NCBI GenBank assembly: GCA_963797555.1
Contig: CAWCPV010000003.1
Location: forward strand, 32,001 to 96,000
Length of the DNA: 64,000 nt
Origin: an uncultured Gammaproteobacteria bacterium
Lineage (GTDB): Bacteria > Pseudomonadota > Gammaproteobacteria > CAWCPV01
Direction of reading: 5' to 3'
In this document: positions 38,729 through 49,871 of the stretch, in pieces
Numbering within the stretch: the stretch's first letter is position 1
How the letters are laid out: each line of letters begins with the position of its first letter
Position numbers and translations under genes: made by a program
The notes under the pieces: generated by a model
What the model saw: the letters and a program-made list of their open reading frames with translations, nothing else
Told to the model about the DNA's origin: nothing
The model's database searches: none

Positions 38729-39424
38729 TCAGACTCCACCTTCACCCTTGCGGATGTCGACGGGAGACAGTTCCTCACCCGCGGGGGGCACCGCGCGGGG
38801 CCTGCCGATTCCTTCGAAAAACAGGTCGATCTCCCGTTCGCGGCGGGTCTTCAAGCCGGGCCATTCCTTCCCCCCCGCCTTCACCCAGCGGAGAAGCTGG
38901 AAGGGCACACGGTCATACTGCTTGCCGTTAACCGCTTTCAGAAGGGTGGACGTCCGAAAGTTCCCGCTGCCCACGTTGTAGACGAAGTCGCACAGGGCCG
39001 CGTACTGCCCGTCCGTAAGCTCCGGGGCCACAGCCGTCATAACGGTCACCTGCGCCCGTGCCATGTCGGTGACGAGCAGTTCGCTTCCCCTCGGCTCCGT
39101 GACGCCGTTCAGGAACTCTTCGGGCTCGGAGCCGTCGCAGGGCCGGCGCTTCACCAGATGACCGTATGCGATGCTGCAGTATCGTGCGGCGTCATCGTAA
39201 AGTCGGTCCCGGAAACCCTCGGAGACCTTGGTTAGCCGCAGCCCTTGGTCGTAGATCGGGCGCGGGGAGACACCCGGAGGGAGCACGGCCCGCTCCGGGG
39301 GCTCGAGGAAAATCCCCGGGGTGAGGGTATCCGCGCTTGGATAGGTGCTCTTGCCGCAGCCTCCGCCCACACCGGCTACCGACAGAATCAGAAGGAATCC
39401 CAAAACGGCACGTAGCTGTCCCAT
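38729..39424 (-). CDS. GH24 lysozyme, probable lipoprotein
   Basis: SEGFR..LYDD...SIAYGH, QYAALCDFVYNVG, RWVKAGGK..PGL..RRERE. Confidence 0.9.
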   Translation of the reverse strand: MGQLRAVLGFLLILSVAGVGGGCGKSTYPSADTLTPGIFLEPPERAVLPPGVSPRPIYDQGLRLTKVSEGFRDRLYDDAARYCSIAYGHLVKRRPCDGSEPEEFLNGVTEPRGSELLVTDMARAQVTVMTAVAPELTDGQYAALCDFVYNVGSGNFRTSTLLKAVNGKQYDRVPFQLLRWVKAGGKEWPGLKTRREREIDLFFEGIGRPRAVPPAGEELSPVDIRKGEGGV

Positions 39425-39815
39425 TGTCCGTCCCCCGCTTTTCTGAGTGAGAGCTTTGTAACTCTACTGTGCGTCCCGTGAACTTCGTTGCACGGCATTC
39501 GTGGCGCACCTCCCTGTAGGCCACCCCTTCGGGGCGTCCTGCGGACGTGCCGAATGACTGTCCTACCGTTCGGTCACGAGTTTCGGGAAACGCGATTCGG
39601 TCCCAGGGCCATCGCCAGGAGGACTTTCCCGCTGTTACCCAACACGGTCCCAAAGAGGTTAGGGAATCTCCGAATGAATCGAGTTCAGTCCGGTCCGGTC
39701 CCACAGAAATGGTTCAATGTGAAACAATAGCGATCTCCGCCGCCGATGTCACCGTATGCGGGGCGTTTTCGGCCCTGGCAGCCCGTTTCCGGGCTCATTG
39801 AGCGGATTGCGCCCG

Positions 39816-40547
39816 TCAGCTCATCAAAGTTCGTCGGGCCAGGTACGGGTTGGTCAGCCCGATCAGGGCGAACACTTGCGCCGCGTTCTTCAGCAGCCCG
39901 TAACGCGTCTTGGGGTAGCCGAACTGCCGCTTCATCACCCGAAACAGGAACTCTACCCGACTGCGGATCGGCGCGAGGCGGCGGTTCGTGCGGCGATTCG
40001 CTGCCGTCAACTGGTGTGTGCTCGTGGCCTTCAGTGCCACTCCCCAGAATACGCCCGCGGCGCGTGCCCCGCGTGGCCCTTGTCACCAAACACCGCCCGG
40101 TCGTCTTCGCGGATGAGGTTGGCAACTCGCTGATGTCCGGGACATGGGCCGCAGTGGCCGAGACGGTATGCGCCAGCCCGCTGTTAACCTCCGCCCCCAC
40201 ATGCACCTTCATGCCGAAGTACCACTGGTTGCCCTTGTTGGTCTGACGCATCTCGGGGTAACGCTGTTTGGTCGCAGTCCTGGTGGAGGACGGAGCTGGA
40301 TCAACGCGGCATCCACCATGGTGCCACCCTTGAGCAACAGGCCGTTCTCGGTCAGCACGTCGTTGATCACGTTCGTAAGCCTGGCGCTCAACGGGTGGCG
40401 CTCCAGCAGGCGGCGAAAATTGAGGATCGTCGTCTCGTCGGGCAGGGCATCGTCCACCAATTCCAGCGCCGGCAAACCGGCGCATCGACTCGATCTCGTA
40501 AAGGGCGTCTTCCATGCCGGGCCCGACAGCCCGAACCAGTGCTGCAT
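39816..40547 (-). mobile_element. IS5-family transposase pseudogene, 5' truncated
   Basis: EDALYEIESMRRF, PDETTILNFRRLLE, GTMVDA, QWYFGMKVHVG, RSRVE..F..MKRQFGY across several frames. Confidence 0.85.
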
Positions 40548-40569
40548 GAAGTCAACACTCCTGTTCCCG

Positions 40570-40680
40570 TAAGACTATGGGTGGCTCCGACTTCCGTACG
40601 CCTCCGTCCGTGTCCTCGCTTCTTACACTCGTTCACGGATGCCCGCTCCCTGCGAACCGTCGCACGCCCGATCCAGGGGG
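40570..40680 (-). ncRNA. Possible group II intron ribozyme fragment
   Basis: GGAAGTCGGAGCCACCCATAGT resembles the conserved DII/DIII-region motif of bacterial group II introns; no RT gene or DV found. Confidence 0.35.
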
Positions 40681-40879
40681 TGCTCAGAGCTTGGTGAGTG
40701 AATCTGCTACACGTCCCGCTAGCGGACGTGCCGAAAAGGACCCCGTGTCCCGAGCGTGATCGGCTAGAACGGGAACATGCTGCCCATGCGTCCCATGGTC
40801 GATCCGATGGACCGGGACATCAGTCCCATCGAGAGGTTCATCTGATGCATCTCGCCAACCATGGGCGGCGCCGAGCGCC

Positions 40880-42740
40880 GCGGGCGGTGCCAGGGACCGT
40901 TGAGGCTCGTGCACGAAGCGGCCGGCGCCCTCAGTCTCCGTGAGCGACACGGGGGTGCCCCGTCCGAGCTCATAGAGCCGCGGCTCGCCCAGCCAGTCAG
41001 TGATCGTGGCTTGGGAGAGTTTAGCCGCGCAGTCCTCGTCGCCTTTGGAGAGCCATTTGGCGAACCTGCCATTCCGCGATGCGCAAGCGTCGTACAGCGC
41101 GAGCTGCGTCGCAAGGAAACCGGCGGTCTGGTACATGTCGCGAAACGGCGGCACGTCGCCTTGCAGCTTCTGGTCGAGCGCGAGGTCGAAGCTCGAAGCG
41201 ACCAGGAGGTTGCGGGTCCAGTCGAAGGTGCGCGGGTGAAACAACCGCGCGTCGAGGTCGGTAGTGAAAAACAGGGTGTTGGGCAGCGTCGGCCGCAGCG
41301 CCTGCAGCACCAGCAGCTTGTCGTACACGTCGCTGCCGAACACGCCGATCGCGGCAACCCGGCGGCGATCGCGGACGGCTTCGTCCAAAATGCGCGTGGC
41401 GAGCCGGCGCAGGTAGTCGCGCTGGTCGCGGCCCTCGGGCCACTCGATCGATTTCGCCTGCGCATCCTTGCCGGACCCGTACGATCGCTCGGCGCCGTCG
41501 TCCTGCGTGGACTTCTTTCCGACCGTCACGCCGTCCAGCCCCCGAAGGTAGCTGTAACGGACGAAGTTGAGCTTGCATGGCTTGTCTCTCAATGCGGCCC
41601 GCTTGATTTTGGTCTCGAACGCCTTCGTGAGTTCTTCCGCGAGCGAGCGGGCGTACAGCGAATCCCATTCGCCGATTACCGCGACGGTGTCGTGGCAGAC
41701 GTTGACCCCGCGGTTAGCAAGCTCATCGCTCAACGTGTTGATCGCTCGATCGTCGGTGAGAACCGTGCGCACCATCGAAAGTTGCGCGGGCGGGATCACG
41801 TCGGCTGCGGTCGCGAAGGGCGAGAGGAATTGCGCCTGCGTGAGCTGGGTGTAGCCGCAGCCCAGCTTCGACTGCGTGTCGACGGGTGAGCGCTGCAGCT
41901 CCTCGCCCGCGCTTGCGAGCATGTCCGTGTTCGAGGGCCCGATGATGCGCAGGGGGTAGTGATCCCCGCGCTCCGGCGCAGTGCCGCCGCCGGAGCACTC
42001 GGGCAAAAAAGACGTTGGTAACGAGGCTGGCGAGCTTCGCAATCCAGCGGCCGCTCAGCACGGTCTCGTCGAGCCAGAGCACCACGACGTTGTCGGCGTC
42101 GGCGCTCCCGTCGCGCGCGGAGAAGCGCTCGAAGGGGACGCGCAATGCCTGCCGCTCCTCAGGAAAGCATGTGCATCGCCGGCGCTCGGACCTCGGTGCG
42201 GAAGTAGCCGATTTGCTCGGAGTTCGCCGGCAGATAGCCCGCCGCGTTCAGCCCGGCGATCACGGCGTAGCGGAGTCGACGGTGCCACTCGTTGGCACCG
42301 ACAAACGAATAACCCTGGACCATGACGCCGAGAAGCACCGTGCGCCTGTGCGCGGCGACCGCCAGGTCAGTTTCCGGATCGACGAAGTGGCTTGCGAGTC
42401 GTTCGCGGAAGTAGCATGCGCTGTGGCGGTCCGGCAGGGCGTTCTGGCTGGCCGCCGGATGCGCCTCGTTGCACTGCCCGGGATCGGGCGACTGCGTTAC
42501 GGGGGTCTTCGCGCCTTTACTCTTGTTCTCCTCGTAGCTGCGCACCACGGCAAACGGGTCTTCCCACAGACGGGCGTCGATGTCTTGATCCTTGGCGAGT
42601 TCGTAGCGAAAGCCCTCCGGCTCGGATGGCCGGAGCAACTGGAACAGCGCAGGCGTGAAAACCGTCGTCCCAACTAGGAGGGCGACAATCATCAAACCCG
42701 CGAGGGGTACGCTCCCTCCCCGGGGCGCGTCGGAGGCCAT
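40880..42740 (-). pseudogene. Large hypothetical membrane-anchored protein, frameshifted and 3' truncated
   Basis: N-terminal TM, DARLWEDPF, YSYLRGLDG, AIGVFGSDVYDKL, FFTTDLDAR across 3 frames. Confidence 0.6.
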
Positions 42741-43374
42741 CAGGACACCCTCGATTCTACCGTACGCTCCGCCGCCCGCCTCGAACGGCGACCATTACGG
42801 AGGCGCGAGGCTGCGAAAAATTGTCGCGCCTGGTTCGGCGTCAAGCAATCACCCGATCGGCATAATAGACTTGAATTCGATCGCACCGGCACGTTTGTGC
42901 GAAGGTCGTGGAGACTTCCGCGGGTCTCGGGCTGCTGTGAGAACTGCCCGCGGACTGCGTTGGACAGCTATTTCTGACATTGTGGGCCTCCCTTCGTCAC
43001 GACGTGTAAACCCATAGCCTTGGACACGATAGTGGCTGTCTGCGCGGCGCGGCAACTCGGGGAAACCCGCTGAGTAACCAGGGAATCCCCTTAGGAAAAT
43101 TGCGGAGGGAACAGTCCACTCTCCCGGCCATTCACCGCGCTCTACTCGGGAGAGTCCGGCGATCACCTGCCCAGCCTGCTGCTCAACACCACGGTGGTTG
43201 GATCGGGCCGCCGGGCGGTGATCTCGAATACCGCACTAGCCAACCAAGGGAGACCGCCCCGGCTTTGCCGGGGCGGGCAGTAGGAGTTTGACATTTTAGG
43301 GAGTCCATCGAAAGCACACGAAACGGAGAACCGCGATGGACGAGTATGAGAACTCCAGAAAACGCTGGCGGTCG

Positions 43375-44030
43375 GCCCAGCCAAAGGGAATCGGGAAGAA
43401 TCGCTGCATCAGGTCGGGGAAGAGCAGGCCAGCCACCACGGGTGAGAGGAAGTCCTCTCAGAGGCCCCGTCGAATCACCCCCAGTGTTTCGCGGTCGCCC
43501 TTGGCGTCGAGCTGATCGCGCTTGAGGGCCGTGTAGACAGCGGCGCCCACGCTGCCGCCCGAGCCCCCGCTGATGGCGAACGGGTCCTGGCTGAAACCGT
43601 CGATGGACTCCAATGTGGCCAGGGTCGCGGCAGTCCAGTAGGCTGCACGGATGCCCCCGCCGACAGCGGCCGCCAGGATCACCGGCCGCTTGTCCGTTAC
43701 GAGCATTGGGGGAGGATTGAGTCTGCTCCAGCGGTCGAATCGCTTCGCCGCGCCAAGCCGCTCCAGTGCCGGGACCTCGGGTGCGGTGCGGACCCAGTGA
43801 TCGTCGTTGGTGAGTCCGAAGATCACGGCCAGGATCAGGACCAGTGCGGTGGCACCTGGCTGGCCCTTGGACAGCGGCCAGTAGGTGAGCACCAGGCTGC
43901 CGAAGAGCGCGATCCCGGCGAATGCCAGGACGACGATTGCAGGCGCGCCCAGTGCACCTGGCGCGCCCACCGGCCAGAGCAAGAATGCGGCGACCAGCAC
44001 CAGGGTCACGACGGACGAGATGTAGACAAG
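43375..44030 (-). pseudogene. Patatin-like phospholipase membrane protein fragment
   Basis: GGGIRAAYW, ISGGSGGSVG, then an in-frame stop and DFLSPVVAGLLFPD. Confidence 0.7.
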
Positions 44031-44054
44031 TCCTGACCCTGGTCGTTGACCACG

Positions 44055-44125
44055 CAGGGAGTTAAGGGGTCAGGGAGTTAAGGGGTCAGGAGTTAAGGGT
44101 CGAGTTAAGGGGTCAGACACCATTG
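44055..44125. repeat. Tandem GAGTTAAGGGGTCA repeats (4 imperfect copies)
   Basis: Seen directly; ends GGGGTCAGACACCATT. Confidence 0.8.
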
Positions 44126-44356
44126 AAGTTACCAAAGGCACGGCTTGGCCTCCGGGTGCCGCGCATAGCATGTGTTGCTCGTCGCCGTTTTTCGGGGACC
44201 TCCCTTCGCTCCTCCGGGGACCTCCTCCGGGTGTGCAGGAGTATCCGATGTCGGATGATGTTACGGTGCTCGATCGAGCACAAGATATAGTTGTTGATGG
44301 AACACAGGACGCACTATACTGTGGTCACGTAAACTGACGACCAAGAGGTGCGCATC

Positions 44357-45361
44357 ATGGCCAAGTGCGCGAAGCCCCACGGTGGGGGGGAACAGTTGGA
44401 TGAGGGGACGATAGCCGCGATCCTTATCTTTCCCCGGCCGTGGCCCCCCGCGCGCCCGTGGGAGTTGATTTCTAGGGTCGTACATGACACACGGGTCTCG
44501 TTGCGCGCTGATATAGCCGGCCGCATCGGGCTGCACGTGGGAAAAGACAGAACCCATACTTTCCAGCCCATTCGGGTAAATGGCTCCGGAAGAGCGGTAC
44601 TCATCGCCACGTGGTCGCCACACTCTGCATCGCTCCACATCAACCGGGCGGAACTCCAGCTTGCTGAGGTGGCCAACGGAGAGTTCTACGTACTCTCCGA
44701 CAACGACGCTCCCCCAGAACCCTATCCGATGTCATATGGACGGATTGATACGAATGTAGCCTCAACCGACAGCGAGTATCTGTTTCTTGCGACACTCGCT
44801 GACGTGCGTGATAGGCTTCAAGAAGGCGCTGCCTACAGCTTGATCAGGGCTGCCGGACTGCTCCGCCAGTTATTCCTCGATGATGCTCCTCTCGTTGACG
44901 AAGTAAACCGGAAGTACAGGACGTGCATGACGTTCACGACCATGGACTACAGGTCAGGCCCGCCCCGAGCGGGGGCGGAACATTTGGAGGCGTTCTGGCA
45001 GAACCTGGACCCTTCCTATTTTCCACGTGCCCCAACCGTCAAGGTCGACCGTAGGGAATTCCTGCGGGCCCCGGTACTCCATGCTGGACCCATCCACGCG
45101 ACAGTTCGCGATTTGATAAGAGCCTGTGCCAACGCCAAAGGGGGAGTCCACCTCGGGAAGGCCCGGACGTTGGAGGAGAAACTCTTGCTCGATTGGGACC
45201 ATGCTATGCGAGTTGGGGGCGAACAACCGAGTCTTGCAGCGATTGCAGGAGTATGTCGCGTTTGCCTTGAATCACTCCGGCCATTGGTAGAAGCCATTCA
45301 CTCCGGTTCGGCGAACGCCGAATTGACTGACGGGAACCGGAGGTCAGGTCTGGCAACATAA
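44357..45361 (+). CDS. Hypothetical protein, lower GC than neighbours
   Basis: Long ORF with natural composition; C-terminal LRQLFLD...ANAKGGVH. Confidence 0.55.
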   Translation: MAKCAKPHGGGEQLDEGTIAAILIFPRPWPPARPWELISRVVHDTRVSLRADIAGRIGLHVGKDRTHTFQPIRVNGSGRAVLIATWSPHSASLHINRAELQLAEVANGEFYVLSDNDAPPEPYPMSYGRIDTNVASTDSEYLFLATLADVRDRLQEGAAYSLIRAAGLLRQLFLDDAPLVDEVNRKYRTCMTFTTMDYRSGPPRAGAEHLEAFWQNLDPSYFPRAPTVKVDRREFLRAPVLHAGPIHATVRDLIRACANAKGGVHLGKARTLEEKLLLDWDHAMRVGGEQPSLAAIAGVCRVCLESLRPLVEAIHSGSANAELTDGNRRSGLAT

Positions 45362-45379
45362 GCATGCCGGGAGCCGCCA

Positions 45380-47026
45380 TCAGGGCATGTCGGGGTAAGC
45401 GGGCAGGGTCGTCAGGCGGAAATCCTCCACGGGTCCGCCTACGGTGAAGTGGTAGAGGTCCTGGTAGGCGCGCCCCGACAGCCCCACGACGTCGTGGACC
45501 GGATCGTCGAAGAAGCAGCCGATGCCCGTTCCCCGCAAGCCCGCGGCCTCGGCTTCGAGGTACAGCACCTGGCCGATGGTGCCGGCCTCCCAGAACAGGC
45601 GCGGGTAAAACCAGGCTCCGGCCGCGCGCAGGGGCTCCTCGAAGCGGGCGAGCATCGCCACGGCGAAGCAGCCGTCGCTGGCGATCTCCTGGAAGCAGGA
45701 CACCTGCATGGCGAGTTCCCGGGCGTCACCTTGGGCCAACAGGTAAAGGCCGAGACCTTCGGGGCAGTCGTCGGGCACCCGCCAACGGAATTCCGGCCGC
45801 AGAAAGGAGCGAAGAGCGTCGAGGCGAGAGGGGTTGCGCACCTGCAGGTAGAGGCCCGCAGCCAAGCCGGTAATCCGATGCGCGAACACCAGCAGGTCCA
45901 CCTCGGCCGGCCAGGGGAGAGCCGAGAACGGGCGCTGTCCGTCCAAGGTGCGCGCCAGGATTCTGTAGAAGGTCCCTCTGTCCAGGGTGGAAACTCCGTC
46001 CATGGCAACGGCGCTGCGCCGTTTGCGCACGATCTCTCGCAGGGACAGGTCTCGCGGGGGCGGACCGGGCCGATTCGCCGGCCGTCGGTCCGGGTGTTCA
46101 GGACGGTGGGTGCGGGGCTTTCGGGTAGCCGCGGTCACCTCCTCCAGCAGGGGCCAATGGACGTGTGAGGGGCTCAGGACGTTGGGCGTCCCCTGCCACG
46201 GCAGGTCCTGGAACGCCCGCAGGACGCTCGGGTCGAGATCGGGAGCCGCGCTCGGGCTTCCGGGACAGATGGCGAGCACGCACTCGGGCACTTCGGGCTC
46301 CGCCCCGTGCGGGTCCAAGACGCCGAAAAGCCGCGCCAGATCTTCCGTTCGGGGACCTTCGACGAGCCTGGCATCCCATCCCAAGCCGGCCGCCGCGATG
46401 GCGATCGCCGCTATGGCATGGCCGACGTCGTGCTGGCAGTACCGGAACGCCCGCTCCCCGTATTTCCAGGCTTCGCGCCAGTGAATCGAGGCGAGTCCCA
46501 CCAGCAGGCATTGGCTCGGCAATGCCGCCGCCAGGCGCTGCCAGAGCGCTGGGTCGATCTCCGCCCGCAGCTCCAGGGCATGCTCCCGGGGAGCGTAATG
46601 GAACACTGCCGGAACGGAAGACAGACTCGGCACGGGACCGCACACGACGTAGGCTTCCGTGGGGTGGAGGTTCCCGCTGGAGGGATTCACCCGCAGCGCC
46701 CAGCTCACCTGCCCGGAGCGCTTCCAGGCGGAGAGGGCCATGCTGTCGAACAGGAGCGCCGAGACCGTCTGGAGGTCCAGGGGCCGGGGAGGCAGCGCGC
46801 CAGCGCAGAGCACTTCGTCGTAGCTCGGCCCACCTGTGGGCGAGGGCTTGGGGAGAGGCAGCGGCGGCGCGCCGCGGTAGCGGCGAAAGGGATCGGGCTG
46901 AGTGGCCCAGTCGAGGCGTCCCGGCCCCGGCGCGAAGCGCCCGAAGGCGTGTTTGCTGGATTCGTGGTAGCGCAGAACGCGCTCCACGGCAGAAGCCTCG
47001 CTTGTTCGCCCGTCTGGCTCGGTCAT
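45380..47026 (-). CDS. SagB/ThcOx-family nitroreductase-like dehydrogenase
   Basis: LRVNPSSGNLHPTEAY, REAWKYGERAFRY, YLEAEA..GIGCFFDD. Confidence 0.9.
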   Translation of the reverse strand: MTEPDGRTSEASAVERVLRYHESSKHAFGRFAPGPGRLDWATQPDPFRRYRGAPPLPLPKPSPTGGPSYDEVLCAGALPPRPLDLQTVSALLFDSMALSAWKRSGQVSWALRVNPSSGNLHPTEAYVVCGPVPSLSSVPAVFHYAPREHALELRAEIDPALWQRLAAALPSQCLLVGLASIHWREAWKYGERAFRYCQHDVGHAIAAIAIAAAGLGWDARLVEGPRTEDLARLFGVLDPHGAEPEVPECVLAICPGSPSAAPDLDPSVLRAFQDLPWQGTPNVLSPSHVHWPLLEEVTAATRKPRTHRPEHPDRRPANRPGPPPRDLSLREIVRKRRSAVAMDGVSTLDRGTFYRILARTLDGQRPFSALPWPAEVDLLVFAHRITGLAAGLYLQVRNPSRLDALRSFLRPEFRWRVPDDCPEGLGLYLLAQGDARELAMQVSCFQEIASDGCFAVAMLARFEEPLRAAGAWFYPRLFWEAGTIGQVLYLEAEAAGLRGTGIGCFFDDPVHDVVGLSGRAYQDLYHFTVGGPVEDFRLTTLPAYPDMP

Positions 47027-47053
47027 CGGCGGCGGCCCACGGGCGGGCGGCAA

Positions 47054-47390
47054 CTACGCGCTGTCCGGCGAAGAGATCAGGGTGCCCGCGCAGGCGGCCA
47101 CGAAGGCGGTCTTTGCCGAGTGCTCCAGCGAGCAGAGCCACTTGTCGGCCAAGTTCAGGGTAGGCGCGCAGGCGTATGCACCGTGGCCGGCCACGACCGC
47201 GATCGGATAGCTCGCCAGCAGCTCTACGATGCGGGCCGGAGACTGGCGCACATAGTCGCGGTGCGCAATGGCGATGACCGGCACCTTCGGAAAATAGAGC
47301 TGGCCCTCGAAATCTGCGGGGATGAAGTCTCTGCCGTTCATCGTCAGGGCAACGGTGTAGGGCCCGTGGCCATGCAGCACCGCGCTCGCG
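47054..47390 (-). pseudogene. Class II aldolase/adducin family fragment, 5' truncated
   Basis: LHGHGPY, VVAGHG, LEHSAK; no upstream coding portion. Confidence 0.65.
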
Positions 47391-47700
47391 CAGGTGGGGT
47401 CACACGCGCAGGTGGGTCAGGTCTCGCCTTGTAGCCTCTTGGCGAGGACGTAGGATGGTGCGGGACATTGGCTAGACCCTGGCTAGACCGTTTCCCATCG
47501 AATTCTCTGGTGCTCTTGATCATGTGACCTCTCTCGGTCAGCGGGCCAGAGCCCAGCTTCGAGGATAAATGAAGATCGCCAGAGGTTTCTAGGCACGCTG
47601 GCCGGGGGGAAGTGGGGCACACCCGGACCGTAACCAAAAAGAACTCCCCGCTGCCTTCCCTGTCTCGGCCGCGCCTCTGGACCCCGGAATGGGATCCAGC

Positions 47701-47810
47701 GCTCACGAGCCGGTGATCTTCCAGCAGTTGTGAATCCGCGGGTTGCGGGCGAAGGGAGTCCTGATCTTTTCCAATAACCGCCAGCGAAGGTACGGTCCAT
47801 CCCCTTGGAG
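47701..47810 (-). repeat. Diverged duplicate of rlmKL 3' end
   Basis: 47701-47754 matches 49870-49923; 47785-47810 matches 50087-50112. Confidence 0.8.
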
Positions 47811-47935
47811 CTGACCCGGACGGCTCGCTGCACGCACTCGGCCGGGCGCCGCTACGCGGCAGCAAATTTTCCGGGCACGCTACCGAACGTGCCTCCCATT
47901 GACAAAAGACGTCCAAACGTTCAAGCTGCAGTCCG

Positions 47936-49108
47936 ATGGACGGGGACCTCGATCGCTATCCTCCCGGGCGCGTCCGCGACGCCATTCTCCAAGTGCTGTC
48001 ACAGTCACCGAAGCCCCTCTCTCTCAAGGAGATCGAAGAACGCGTGGCCGGGCTCATCGGGCCCGCGCCCAAGTCCTCGCTGAGGTCTTACCTGAGGCTC
48101 AACACCCCGGGTTTGTTCGTGCGCGAGAAGCGCGGGGTCTACCGCGCGCGGCACAGCGAGGGCGCTGGGCGGCAACGGGAGCTTCCAGAGGTCTCTCATT
48201 GGACCGAGCCGCTGTCCTTTGGCCGAGCTACTCTCTTTCACGCGGACTGCTTCGATTGGCTGGCGCGGCAGCAAGACAACTCCTTCCATGCGGTCGTGAC
48301 CGACCCGCCGTATGGGCTTCACGAATATACCGTGGAACAGCAGAGCAAACTGCGTAACGGACGAGGAGGCGTGTGGCGGATTCCGCCGTCCTTCGATGGA
48401 CATGTGCGCTCTCCTCTGCCCCGATTCACTACGCTGTCACAAGGGCAGCTCCAAGAGCTGCGGACATTCTTTACGACGTGGGCCCGGCTGCTGCTTCCGA
48501 AACTGGTTCCGGGGGCGCATGTCGTGGTCGCGTCCAACCCGCTCGTCTCGTACATCGTCTCCTGGGCGCTGGCGGAGTCCGGGCTCGAAAGACGGGGCGA
48601 GGTGATTCGGCTGACGATGACCATGCGGGGTGGGGATCGTCCCAAGTCAGCGCACGAAGAATTCCGAGAAGTCAGCGTCATGCCGCGTTCCATGTGGGAG
48701 CCTTGGATCGTTTACAGAAAGCCGCTAGAGGGTAGAGTGCAGGACAACCTGCGCAAATGGAAGACGGGCGGATTTCGTCGGCCGGATGAACATAGGCCCT
48801 TCGGCGATCTGATTGCATCTGCCCCGACCCGAAGCAACGAACGACGCCTGGCGCCCCACCCCAGCTTGAAACCGCAGGCGTTCCTCAGACAACTCGTACG
48901 AGCCGTCCTGCCTTTGGGGGAGGGGGTGATCCTGGACCCGTTCGCCGGCGCCGGCTCCACGCTTGCGGCGGCGGAGGCGTTGGGCTACACGAGCATCGGG
49001 GTGGAGAAGGATGAGCGCTACTTCGAGATGGCGCGCGAAGGAATACCGAAGCTGGCGCGCTACCTGCCGAACAACGGCCTCAAAGCCGGTATATCCAGTT
49101 CGACCTGA
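47936..49108 (+). CDS. N4C/N6A DNA methyltransferase (beta class) with N-terminal HTH-like domain
   Basis: VTDPPY precedes HPSLKP and LDPFAGAGST. Confidence 0.92.
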   Translation: MDGDLDRYPPGRVRDAILQVLSQSPKPLSLKEIEERVAGLIGPAPKSSLRSYLRLNTPGLFVREKRGVYRARHSEGAGRQRELPEVSHWTEPLSFGRATLFHADCFDWLARQQDNSFHAVVTDPPYGLHEYTVEQQSKLRNGRGGVWRIPPSFDGHVRSPLPRFTTLSQGQLQELRTFFTTWARLLLPKLVPGAHVVVASNPLVSYIVSWALAESGLERRGEVIRLTMTMRGGDRPKSAHEEFREVSVMPRSMWEPWIVYRKPLEGRVQDNLRKWKTGGFRRPDEHRPFGDLIASAPTRSNERRLAPHPSLKPQAFLRQLVRAVLPLGEGVILDPFAGAGSTLAAAEALGYTSIGVEKDERYFEMAREGIPKLARYLPNNGLKAGISSST

Positions 49109-49682
49109 GTTTTTTGATGCCTTCTTTGTGGAGGGTTGCGGTGCGAGTCCCGAGTTCTCCGCGCGGGTTTTTTCGGAAGTCTTCGGTGGTGACCTTGCCG
49201 AGATAAATCTCCGTAAAGGTCATGGGTCGCCTGTCGCGGGCTGGTTCCGACTGCGAGTCCACGTCGTAGACGAAGACGCACATCCACTGATCCCGTGCGC
49301 CGTGAGTGTCTACGGCGCCTCCGGACTTGCGTGTGGTCTTGACCTCGATCCCGTCCGCCCCGGCTCTCACTGCATTGCCGGGGTAGACGCCCTGCACTAC
49401 CAGATCGGGGTGGCCGTTGAAATATCTGTTTTCGGTCAGGCTGCGGGAATGCTTGGCCAGGCTTGCAGTGAGCATGTCCGACAGGACGCCTGACATGATC
49501 GCAGGGCGCAGTTGGTCATCGAGACGCTGGAGTCCCTTGGCGCTCAGGTGCGAGTTGACGTCGTAGAAGAAGTCGTACACGTCTTGCATGGCGCTCTGGA
49601 AGTCCTGCAAGCGCAGCTCGTATGGAAGCTCGGCCTTCCAGTTGAATCTTTCGGGGTCGACGGCATTGCGAACCGTGGTCAT
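49080..49682 (-). CDS. Putative type II restriction endonuclease (PD-(D/E)xK)
   Basis: HPDL...GIEVKT; convergent with the MTase, 29-bp overlap. Confidence 0.65.
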   Translation of the reverse strand: MTTVRNAVDPERFNWKAELPYELRLQDFQSAMQDVYDFFYDVNSHLSAKGLQRLDDQLRPAIMSGVLSDMLTASLAKHSRSLTENRYFNGHPDLVVQGVYPGNAVRAGADGIEVKTTRKSGGAVDTHGARDQWMCVFVYDVDSQSEPARDRRPMTFTEIYLGKVTTEDFRKNPRGELGTRTATLHKEGIKKLRSNWIYRL

Positions 49683-49871
49683 CGCCTTGTTCCTCGACAC
49701 GCTCGTGGCCACGACTGCCCCACCGAGTGATCGCATCCGCTCCTCGAGGTCGACGCGCCGGTACTCTACACGATTGTCGCCGTCCGGCGAACCGTATTCT
49801 GGCGGATACCCTGGGTCGCTCGGGAGCCCAATCGCAGCTGAGGATGGCCGACGCGGGACGGCACCCGGCGC

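Noticed and set aside
38729-39424. Phage lysis cassette
   Set aside because: No holin, spanin or other phage genes nearby; the lysozyme carries its own lipoprotein-type signal.
43045-43110. Possible c-di-GMP-I riboswitch (GGCAAC..CGGGGAAACCCG)
   Set aside because: The downstream GACGCAAAGC-type P2/P3 signature is absent; only one GAAA hairpin is seen.
44055-44125. Possible CRISPR array
   Set aside because: Units are only ~14-17 bp, directly adjacent without unique spacers, and no cas genes are present.
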